Origin: Mobula birostris
Taxonomy: Eukaryota
Direction: 5' to 3'
Length of the DNA: 64,000 bases
Assembly (NCBI RefSeq): GCF_030028105.1
Contig: NC_092374.1
Location: 122,711,589-122,775,588, forward strand
Shown in pieces: positions 12,274 to 21,730 of the stretch. Under the pieces are notes generated by a model, which was given only the letters and a program-made list of their open reading frames with translations, was not told the DNA's origin and did not search any database. Made by a program: the position numbers and the translations under genes. Positions within the stretch are counted from its first letter, which is position 1; every line of letters starts with the position of its first letter.

Positions 12274-13710
12274 AACTGAAAGAAGAGATAGTGAGAAATT
12301 TGAAAGTGGGAGGGGGAGGCGGTGATCCAAAATGCTAGGAGAAGACAGGAGGGGGAGGAAAGAAGCTAAGAGCTGGAAAGTTGATTGGCAAAAGGGATAC
12401 AGAGTTGGAGAAGGGGGAGGATCATGGGACAGGGGGCCTAGGGATAAAGAAATGGGGAGGGGAGCCCAGAGGAAGATGGAGAGCAGGCGAGGAGTGATTG
12501 TGAGAGGGATAGAGAGAGAAGAAAAAAAAGGGGGGACAAAAATAAATAAGGGATGGGGTAAGAAGGGGAGGAGGGACATTAACGGAAGTTAGAGAAATCA
12601 ATGTTCGTGCCATCAGGTTGGAGGCTACCCAGACAGAATATAAGGTGTTGTTCCTCCAACCTGAGTGTGGCTTCATCTTGACAGTAGAGGAGGCCATGGA
12701 TTGACATATCAGAATGGAAATGGAACATGGAATTAAAATGTGTGGCCACTGGGAGATCCAGCTTTCTCTGGCGGACAGAAAAGGTGGTGTTCAGCAAAAC
12801 GGTCTCCCAGTCTGCATCGGGTCTCACCTATATATATCTCTATAAAAGGCCACACCGGGAGCACCGGAAGCAGCTGACTCAAGGTGAAGTCGTGTAGGGA
12901 GTGATCCCTGTGGAAAGCAGAAAGAGTGAGGGAGGAAATGATGTGCTTAGTGGTGGGGTCCCGCTGGAGGTGGCGGAAGTTACAGAGATTATATGTTGGA
13001 CCGGAGGCTGATGGGGTGGTAGGTGAGGACAAGGGGAACCCTATCCCTAGTGGGGTGAGAGAAGATGTGCGTGAAATGGGAGAGATGCGTTTGACAGCAG
13101 AGTTGATCATGGAGGAAGAGAACCACTTTTTTGAAAAAAAGAGGACATCTCCTTTGTCCTGGAATGAAAAGCCTCATCCTGAGAGCAGATGCGGTGGAGA
13201 CGGTGGAATTGCGAGAAGGAGATGGCATTTTTGCAAGAGACAGGGTGGGAAGAGGAATAGTCCAGGTAGCTGTGAGAGTCCATAGGCTTATAGTAGATAA
13301 GCTGTCTCCAGAGATAGAGACGGAAAGATCAAGAAAGGGGAAGGAGGTGTCGGAAATAGATCAGGTAAATTTGAACATTGATTTCTCTAACCTCCGTTAA
13401 TGCCCCTCCTCCCCTTCTTGCCCCTTTCCTTATTTATTTTTATTCCCCCCACTTTTTTTTTCATTCTCTCTCTGTCCCTCTCACAATCACTCCTTGCCTG
13501 CTCTCCACCTTCCTCTGGGCTCCCCTCCCCTTTTCTTTCTCCCTAGGCCCCCAGTCCCATGATCCTCCCCCTTCTCCAACTCTGTATCCCCTTTGCCAAT
13601 CAACTTTCCAGCTCTTAGCTTCTTCTCTCCCCCTCCTGTCTTCTCCTATAATTTCAGATCTCCCCATCCCCCTTCCATTTTCAAATCTCTTACTATCTCT
13701 TCTTTCAGTT

Positions 13711-13746
13711 AGTTGTGATGAAGGGTCTTGGCCCGAAACGTCAACT
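13711..13746 (+). ncRNA. Minimal hammerhead motif with mutated core (C3 to G)
   Basis: AGUU-GUGAUGA-AGGGUCUUGGCCC-GAAACGUC-AACU. Confidence 0.6.
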
Positions 13747-13881
13747 GTACTTCTTTCGATAGATGCTGCCTGGCCTGCTGCGTTCCACCAGCATTTTGTG
13801 TGTGTTGCTTAAATCAGGGTTGCTGGGCGACATGGCTTGAAGGGCCTTTTCTGTGCTGTATCCCAATAAATAAACTTTAAA

Positions 13882-14110
13882 TATTCAGAAATCTGATGAC
13901 AGAGGGGAAGAGGATATTCCTGAATCATTGAGCATGTGCCTTCAGGCTCCTGTACCTCTTTCCTGATGGTAACAATGTGAAGAAGGCATATCCTGGATGA
14001 TGGAGATCTTTCATGATGGATGTCATCTTTTGAGGCATCACTCCTTGAAGACGTTCAGGATGCTGGAGAGTCTAGTGTTCCAGAAACTTTACAACTTTCT
14101 GCAGCTTATT
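13882..14110 (-). mobile_element. Rex1/Babar-like LINE 3' fragment (tail at about 11880-11950)
   Basis: Homologous to 28765-29000. Confidence 0.75.
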
Positions 14111-14179
14111 TGCTTTGCATGACTTGCTTCTTTAGTATCCAATTCATTTCATGTTCTGACCTTTCCTAGTTTGTCTTAT

Positions 14180-14575
14180 TGAGAGAGATTAAGTAGATAG
14201 GGACTCTAGTAGAATGAGAGTTGTTCTCATTGAAATATATAACAATCTTATGGGCTTGACATAAGTTGATATTTCCCCAGGCTGGGTGTCCGGAAAATAA
14301 TGCATCACACTGTCAAAATAATGGGACATCCACTCAAGGCAAAACTGAGAAGTTGTCCCTTTGTCTGTGAACTGGTAAACATTTGGAATTTTCTGTCCGC
14401 TCTGGAGGCTTAGTCACTGAACATATGCAACGGAGAGATTGTTTTTCAAAACTAGTGAATCAAAGGATATAGTTTAGTGTAGGAAATAGGAGTTGAAGCA
14501 AAAGATCAGCATTCAGTTTGGAGGAGACATGAAAGGACTGAATGATTCATTCCTGTTTCTATTTCTTATTTCCTT
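14180..14575 (+). mobile_element. Old CR1 3' fragment
   Basis: AGAATGAGAGTTGTTCTCATTGAAATATAT...TCCTGTTTCTATTTCTTAT. Confidence 0.6.
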
Positions 14576-14889
14576 ATTTGAGATTGGATGATAACAAGAT
14601 GTAAAACAATGTTTGAACCCATTTGTTTTATAAACTGTGAAAGAGTAATATACAGAACAATCTCCTTGGGAAGACTATATGACACTAAAATTGATTTAGC
14701 TTATGAAAATTACTGACCACCTAAAATTTTAGGAAGCCATTTCCATCAACATGTGGGCTTAAACTCTATATATTAATAATTTAGATTGAATTGGCTTATC
14801 TGTCAAACTTGCCCACTAATACTCATTCCAGGTATGTACCAAAACCTCAGTGTTCAGTCAGATTTCTCTCAGCTATGTAGAAAAAAAAA

Positions 14890-15092
14890 TGGTGTTACTT
14901 GATCTTCAGTTTCTGGCACTGAATTTATAGCTTTCTATTATCTATGAAAGCACTGGATTAAAGTAATTCCAGCCATTATCAAGGTTAGTCTCTTGGTGTT
15001 GCTTGATCTTCAGTTTCTGCTTGTGAATTTATGGCTTTCTATTATCTCTGAAAATGCTGGATTAAAGTTACTAACCATTATCAAGCTTAGAT
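14890..15092. repeat. Diverged tandem duplication, period about 104 bp
   Basis: TGGTGTT(A/G)CTTGATCTTCAGTTTCTG...CCATTATCAAG(G/C)TTAG occurs twice. Confidence 0.9.
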
Positions 15093-15469
15093 TTTTATGT
15101 TCTTTCATGGCTTTATTTTGAACAGAAAGACTGATACTTTGCCCTGAATTGCAATGATAGTACTTCCTACATCCATTCAACATAAGGACAGAAGAGCTCA
15201 AATGCTTATCAGGCCTGCAAAAGTTCCTGATATAATTGGAATTGGTTGAAGCTGCCATCTTGTTACGTGTATGCTTTAAGATACAAGGTATTTGCTTGTC
15301 AGTATGCTTGCTCTCCCTTTTATTATTCCTGTGCTCAAGTTTTACTTAGTTTCTTTTCTGTTCTAGCCTCACACTTTCTAGTTTCCCAATGCGTAACATA
15401 GTGATTTCACCAAGTAATGTAGAGAATACATGAAAATCTCAAAAATAAAGGGCAAGTTCTTCATAAGCT

Positions 15470-15625
15470 GCACACAGCAAAAAACACTGATCAAATATGT
15501 CATTGGGGGACATCATATATTAATATACAATATGTAAATATTATATGTAAATATTAAACAGCACACAGCAAAACACAAATGATCAAATATGTCATTTGAT
15601 GAGATCACGTATTTACATATAAAAT
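15470..15625. repeat. Diverged tandem duplication, period about 91 bp
   Basis: GCACACAGCAAAA...TGATCAAATATGTCATT at 15470 and 15561. Confidence 0.85.
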
Positions 15626-15949
15626 GCTATTATCTACAATGATCAAACTGAATGAAGGTGTTGCACATTGTAAATTTATCAGCACTCACTATCTTATTAC
15701 ACCCTAGCATATATTAGAAAATGCTGTATAACTGGGGCCAAACAACTATATAACATCAGGATTCTACAACGTGCCACCTACTTGTAAAGCACTGCCAGCC
15801 ATCAAATAATTTATTTTATGAAAAGAAGAATGAGTGCCATGAACAAGAAAATAATTTCCCTACCATTCAAAATTTCAGGGGATATTTTATCATTATGCTT
15901 ATAGTGGAAGTCCAGGTAACTAAAGAATTAATATCCAATTAATATCCAC

Positions 15950-16275
15950 TTGGACAGCATGGTAGTGTTGTGGTTATCAGTGGAAGCAAACCAGGTTCAG
16001 TTCCTATTGCTGAATGTTAGGAGTTTGTATGTTCTCCCTGTGACTGCGTGGGTTTCTTCTAGGTGCTCTGGTATCCTCCCACAGTCCAAAGACTTACCGG
16101 TTAATATGTTAAGTGGTCATTGTAAATTGACCCTTGATAGACTGGAGTTAAATTGTGTGGAGGGTGGTTTCTGAGTGGCGGAGCTTGGAGTGCCGAAGGG
16201 CCTATTCCTCACTGTATGCCAATAAATAAATAAAGATACAAATAAATAAATAGATAGGTAAATAAATAAATAAAT
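15950..16275 (+). mobile_element. tRNA-derived V-SINE-type element with (AAAT)n tail
   Basis: Same family as 11951, 19450 and 33040. Confidence 0.85.
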
Positions 16276-16489
16276 TTCATGAAGACAAATTCATAATTGA
16301 GAATTTTAATATGCTCTCCTAAGCGTGCCATAGGAACACCCAACTGAAGTCATCAGGGTCAATATTTATACACATGCTGTTGAATCTCCCAGAGTTTATG
16401 ATTTATTTTTGTTGCCTCTGTCAGCTTACTTTGAATAGGATACCAGAAAGTACCCTTAATGTAAGATCAGGATAGCTTTTACTTCTTGG

Positions 16490-16890
16490 AGAGGAGATCT
16501 TATAGAAACATATAAAATTATGAAAGGGATAGATGAGATAGCAGCAGGAAAGTTGTTTCCACTGGTAGGTAAGACTAGAACAAGGGGACATAGCCTCAAG
16601 ATTTGGGGAGAAGATTTAGGATGGAGCTGAGGAGGAACTGCTTTTCCCAGAGAGTGATGAATCTGTGGAATTCTCTGTCCAATGAAGCAGTGGAGGCTAC
16701 CTCAATAAATATATTTAAGACAGGGTTGGATAGATTTTTGCACAACAGGGGAATTAAGGGTTATGGGGAAAAGGCAAGTAGGTGGAGGTGAGTCCACGGC
16801 CAGATCAGCCCATGATCTTATTGAATGATGGAGCAGGCTCGACGGGCCAGATGGCCGACTCCTGCCCCTATTTCTTATGTTCTTATGTTC
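16490..16890 (+). mobile_element. CR1 LINE 3' end
   Basis: RRNCFSQRVMNLWNSL; (TTCTTATG)n tail. Confidence 0.9.
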
Positions 16891-18240
16891 ATTGTGCTTA
16901 CATTATGCCAAGATTTGCTTGCTAGATGAACAATTAACTTGATGAAGTTCAAAACTGAAGTCATGGGCTCCTTCGTACACCAACTGGGATGCATGGCTGA
17001 GTTTATATTGCTTAAATATGCCAAAACTGGAACTATGTTCAACCCATGGATATTGAATCCCATGGGTAAGAGGTTAGTACGTTGTTTTGGGATGTGTAAG
17101 GCATCAGGGATGTGTAGAGGAACAATGAATGAGACAGTTTTTGGTTTAAGCCATGCCTTCTTACAGTTAATATTTTGGTACTTTCAATGAATAAGAATTG
17201 TAGTCACAATTTAAAATTTTGCCTCAGAAACATCAGTCTCGGTGTTGATTTTACTTGATGTAAAAATAAACCAGCATTTGTGAATATTTTTGATGTTACA
17301 GGTGTGATCATGCAGATTCAACGAGTAGCCTTTAAAAATGGAAAATGACATATCACTATATCACTACATTGCTATAGTGTCAGGATACTTGATGGAACTT
17401 GCTCAGTTTTGCCATTAATCTTGTCTCAATAGATTGCTTTATATATGCTTTTGCCATGGGTGAAAATGCATGCAATGTAAAAATATGCTTGAGAAATACA
17501 TTTGACAAGTCAGCTTTGGATTTGATTGATGCATGACTCTTCACATGATGTGAGCAAAGAATCACTCTACAAAAAAGCCTTAGTTTCCACAGAGGGAGAT
17601 AGGCTATAGTAAACATGATCACTTAAGCAGAAAATGTGAGCTCTAAACCAACATGAACTTGGCAGCTGAATATTGACGAACCACACCATTGCCTTTATCA
17701 TATTAAGGTTTGCATTGTGGAGCTCTGTGAGGTGAAACAAGTGAAATTTGTGGAGTTAGAGTAAAAAGGGCCTTACAAAAATGATCTGGAAAGTGCATTG
17801 TTTTGGAGTAGATCATTCTGAAATACTGTTGAATTCCTAACTCTGCTGTTCAAAGTAAATTGGAAAAGGAAATCCTTGAAGTGGGGCAAATCAGCTTTGA
17901 TCGCAACTTCTTGTAGGATGTCACACTACAGTGGCCTACAACAAAATATAAATAGATGGGAAGAAATCCAAAGTGATAAATTCAAATGATATTGTAAATC
18001 TCAGACACAGTCAGAATCAGAATCAGGATTAATATCACCGGCATACCGTTTGTTGAGAAATTTGTTGTTCTGTGGCAGCAGTACGTTGTAATACATGGCA
18101 ATAAAAACTATAAAATTAATATGAAGTAATAAATTAAATAATTAGTGCATAAAGAGAGGGAGAAATACTGAGGTATTTCAGAAATCTGATGGCAGAGGGA
18201 AAGAAGCATTGAGTGTGTGTCTTCAGGCTTCTGTACCTCC

Positions 18241-18810
18241 GGTTCGGTCACTGGCCGCTCAACCATGGTTTTCGGTCGGGTGCCGGACGCTCGGAGAGAT
18301 TCTGCGGGAGCGGGCGCCCAGCGCTTGGCCAGGGGCCATGGTCGAGTGGTCGGCGACTTGGGCCGGCTCCCCCTCCAGATTTAGTCTAGTCAGGAGGGTG
18401 TGAGGACACCCAGTAGGACCATAAAAAACAAGACCTGACAAAGGGCGGATGAGCTCCTTGTGAGCCAACGGCCATCTTCCATGGAAGAGATTAAAGCCTC
18501 ACTACGTATCTACGAATCGTATGCTATGCACTTAGTTAGAAGAGACATGATGAACTTGGGCGCTGCACCATGTGCCTGGACCTGCCCAAGGCCTCAGCCT
18601 AAGGAAGGGCCGAGCTCGAAGAAGCAGCCGCGGCTGGAGGCCGAAATGGCCTCGAGCTTGAGTTCGGCGGGGGTGGTGGTGGGCGGTGCCAAGGCATCCA
18701 GCGAGCACAAACTGGAGGAGAGGCTGTACTCGGTGTTATCGCAGGATCGAAGAAGATGGAGGTGCATAGCCGCCAACCCCGGATTCAGGACGGCACCCAC
18801 TGACTGACTG
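18241..18810 (+). mobile_element. Non-autonomous bipartite RTE-clade element (5' UTR plus 3' end) carrying a host gene fragment
   Basis: TSD ACCTCC at 18235-18240 and 18811-18816; 3' end QDRRRWRCIAANP is an RTE ORF C-terminus; (TGAC)n tail; CpG-rich, in contrast to the flanks. Confidence 0.8.
18562..18739 (+). pseudogene. ZFTRAF1: Circularly permuted 178-bp fragment of ZFTRAF1/CYHR1 N-terminal coding sequence
   Basis: 18598-18739 encodes PKEGPSSKKQPRL...[12 protein letters not shown] and 18562-18597 encodes (C)[11 protein letters not shown]; the recalled vertebrate CYHR1 motif is [25 protein letters not shown]. Confidence 0.88.
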
Positions 18811-19449
18811 ACCTCCTCTTTGATGGTAGCAATGAGAAGAGGGCATGCCCTGGGTAATGGGGATCCTTAATGATGGAAGCTGCCTTTTTCAAGTATTGCC
18901 TTTTGAAGGTGTTCTGGATGTTGGGGAAGCTGGTGCACTTGATGGAGCTGGTTGAGTTTGCAACTTTCTGCCGCTTTCTCCATTCCTGTGCAGTGGCCGG
19001 TCCACAGCATTCAGTGATGCTGGTAGTTGCAATGTTCTCCAAGGAACATCTGTAGGAATTTGCAAGTATCTTGGGTGACATATCAATTCTACTCATAGCC
19101 TGACCCATTCATTATGTTATTACATTTGATCAAATTATCGCACAGTCTGTAGAATAGAAAGGTGTAGATCTTTTAGTCTAGATTAACAACCAAAATGTTT
19201 TGGACTGTGAATTATTCCCATATCCTCCCCTCTGCAATATTTAAAAGCCTCAATATGACTCATGATATGAAGATACTACTAGTGAACAGCGTACGCCCAC
19301 TGAAGCTAAAATCTTTAAATTGATAAAATAGTAAGCTTCTTATGGTACGATATCATCTTGGTCTTTATTCATGAACAGAAACAGTTGATATTGTACCATT
19401 TTCCAATCACATTTTTGCTTTCTGAGTGAAGATAAATTGATGCAGCTTT

Positions 19450-19730
19450 ACAATAGCGTAGTGGTGAGCACAGCACTTTACAGTACAGGTAATTGGAGCT
19501 CAATGCCCGCTACTGTCTGTAAGGAGTTGGTATATTCTCCCTGTTACTGCGTGGGCTTCCCCCCGGGTGCTCTGCTTTCCTTGCACAGTCTGAAGACATA
19601 ACAGTTGGTAGGTTAATTGGTTATTATAAATTATCCCACGATTAGGCTAGGAATAATTTGTGGGATTGCTGGGTGTTGTGGCTCAAAGGGCCAATTCCAC
19701 ACTGTATCTCAATAAATAAATACATAAATG
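19450..19730 (+). mobile_element. tRNA-derived V-SINE-type element
   Basis: A and B boxes, shared core, AATAAATAAA tail. Confidence 0.8.
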
Positions 19731-20029
19731 ATAATTTGGTTCTATATATTATTCTATTTAATATGTAACAGAAAATATGGTTTTCAATCAATCATTTCAA
19801 GTAGTGACCATCATGTTTAACCTGCCTTTGCTACCACCAGCTCAAGTACCTGAGTAATTTGTTCTGACTTGAAAAGGAAATTTGAAAAAAGAGACATTAA
19901 AGAGAGGAGTTTAAGCTGTTTCTACAGATCAGCTCAAAGTATTAGCCATTTGGCACCATCTTAGCTCCGCAATGTTAACTGAACTTGCATGTTAATTTAG
20001 ATCTGCTTTTCATGTGCTTCTCTATAGTG

Positions 20030-20109
20030 CAGGGGTTCCCGACCTTTTTTATGCCATGGACCCCTACCGTTGGCTGAGGGATCTGTGGACCCCAGGCTGT
20101 GAACCCCTG
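20030..20109. mobile_element. 80-bp hAT-like MITE
   Basis: TIRs CAGGGGTTC / GAACCCCTG; imperfect 8-bp TSD CTATAGTG/CTATATTA; second copy inverted at 39345-39424. Confidence 0.8.
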
Positions 20110-20229
20110 CTATATTAGATCAGTGATTCCTATACACGAGGAATTCTGCAGATGCTGGAAATTCAAACAACACACATCAAAGTTGCTGGTGAACTCAGCA
20201 GGCCAGGCAGCATCTCTAGGAAGAGGTAC

Positions 20230-20265
20230 AGTCGGCGTTTCGGGCCGAGACCCTTCGTCAGGACT
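20230..20265 (-). ncRNA. Minimal hammerhead motif with cleavage triplet mutated (GCC)
   Basis: AGUC-CUGACGA-AGGGUCUCGGCCC-GAAAC-GCC-GACU. Confidence 0.65.
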
Positions 20266-20599
20266 AACTGAAAGAAGAGCTAGTAAGAGATTTGGGAAAG
20301 TGGGAGGGGGAGGGGGAGATCCAAAATGATAGGAGAAGACAGGAGGGGGAGGGATGGAGCCAAGAGCTGGATGGTTGATTGGCAAAAGGGATATGAGAGG
20401 CTCATGGGACAGGAGGCCTAGGGAGAAAGAAAAGGGGGAGGGGGGAAGCCCCTAGGCCTCCTGTCCCATGAGCCTCTCATATCCCTTTTGCCAATCACCT
20501 GTCCAGCTCTTGGCTCCATCCCTCCCTCTCCTGTCTTCTCCTATCATTTTGGATCTCCCCCTCCCACTTTCAAATCTCTTACTAGCTCTTCTTTCAGTT

Positions 20600-20635
20600 A
20601 GTCCTGATGAAGGGTCTCGGCCCGAAACGTCGACT
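20600..20635 (+). ncRNA. Minimal type I hammerhead ribozyme, fully consensus
   Basis: AGUC-CUGAUGA-A-GGG-UCUCGG-CCC-GAAA-C-GUC-GACU: helix I AGUC/GACU, helix II GGG/CCC, palindromic ACGU in helix III. Confidence 0.85.
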
Positions 20636-21395
20636 GTACCTCTTTGCATTCACTAGCAACTTTGATGTTTGTTGCAGTGATTCCTATAGCCTGGTGACCT
20701 TAAATTTTGTCAGAGTCGTTTGGCATGGAAACAGGCCATTCTGCTCACAGGGCCTTCACTGTCCATCAGCCACATGTTAACAGGCAATGTTAATTCAGGT
20801 CTGCTTGTTATGTGCCTCTATAGTACATCAGCGCTTCCTATAGTATGGTGACCTTAAATTTTGTCAGAGTCACTCGGCATGGAAACAGGTTCCTTCAGCT
20901 CACGAGACCTACACTGTCCATCAGCCACACGTTTATATTAAACCCCATATTAATCTCATTTCTTTGATTCTCCCCACATCCCCATCAAATCCTCTTGATT
21001 CTACCATTCCCTTACAAACCAGGGACAATTTACTGGGGACTTTTAGCCTGCCCACTTTGTAGGAGAAAAGCAGAGCAGCTGGAGGAAATCCAGCAATGAT
21101 AGGGAGAACATACAGATTCCGCGTGGATCATACTAGAGGTCAGAACTGAACCTCTACCTCAGTCACTGTCTGCTGGTGGTTCCATTAGTCATGCCACTAT
21201 ACTGCTCCTTGTTGATCTTACTCACTTGGGCTACTTTCTGTTCTCCAAAACAATGCCTGTTAAACTCACTGTTTAAACAAAGGAATAAAGAACAGTAAAT
21301 TAATTATTATGATTATTATTTAATTTAATTTTGTTTTATTAATAACAAGCCCCGAAGGTTACCATGACTTTCTGTTGGGTGAGTTCATTGAAGAC

Positions 21396-21527
21396 NNNNN
21401 NNNNNNNNNNNNNNNNNNNNNNNNNNNNNNNNNNNNNNNNNNNNNNNNNNNNNNNNNNNNNNNNNNNNNNNNNNNNNNNNNNNNNNNNNNNNNNNNNNNN
21501 NNNNNNNNNNNNNNNNNNNNNNNNNNN
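21396..21527. other. Assembly gap (132 N)
   Basis: Run of N. Confidence 1.
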
Positions 21528-21730
21528 CACAATCACACAATGCTGGAGGAACAGCAAACTCAGCAGGTCAGGCAGCATCTATGGAAATGAATAAGCAGTC
21601 AATCTTTTGTTTGGCCCATATCGTTGATTGTTTATTAATTTCCATAGCTGATGTTTGACCTGTTGAGTTTTGCCAGCATTTTGTAGGTGTTCCTCTGGAT
21701 TTCCAGCACCAGCAGGATTTCTTGTGTTAA
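21528..21730. mobile_element. Old fold-back Penelope-like terminal-repeat element
   Basis: ATGCTGGAGGAA...CTCAGCAGGTCAGGCAGCATCTATGGAAAT, followed by its inverse TTTCCATAG...GACCTGTTGAG...CCAGCATTTTG. Confidence 0.7.

Larger units (their letters stand above)
12179..13808 (-). mobile_element. Penelope-like retroelement, 5'-truncated, with GIY-YIG endonuclease remnant and about 430-bp inverted terminal repeats
   Basis: IYIGETRCRLGDRFAEH, PVATHFN, LEEQHLIFCLGSLQPDG.NIDF; arms 12179-12606 and 13373-13808; TSD TTAAATCAGGGT at 12167-12178 and 13809-13820. Confidence 0.93.
11951..13875 (+). mobile_element. tRNA-derived V-SINE-type element split by a Penelope-like insertion and itself inserted in a Rex-like fragment
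   Basis: A box TGGTAGCGTATTGG, B box GGTTCAATTCC, GTACGTTCTCCCTGTGACTG core; 3' part 13821-13875 with AATAAATAAA tail. Confidence 0.8.
18011..19095 (-). mobile_element. Rex1/Babar-like LINE 3' fragment interrupted by an RTE mini-element
   Basis: (TCAGAA)n tail; LKKAASIIKDPHYPGHALFSLLPS. Confidence 0.85.
20135..20674. mobile_element. Fold-back non-coding Penelope-like element (two inverted terminal repeats only)
   Basis: Arms about 20165-20422 and 20451-20674; TSD CAGTGATTCCTATA at 20121-20134 and 20675-20688. Confidence 0.92.

Noticed and set aside
12172-12592. Pro/Leu-rich and Gly/Arg-rich ORFs (also 13378-13812 and 20099-20656)
   Set aside because: Translations of the purine-skewed Penelope terminal repeat, not genes.
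18562-18739. Functional ZFTRAF1 exon or ordinary processed pseudogene
   Set aside because: No splice sites, no poly(A), no other exons, permuted order, and embedded within a TSD-flanked retroelement.
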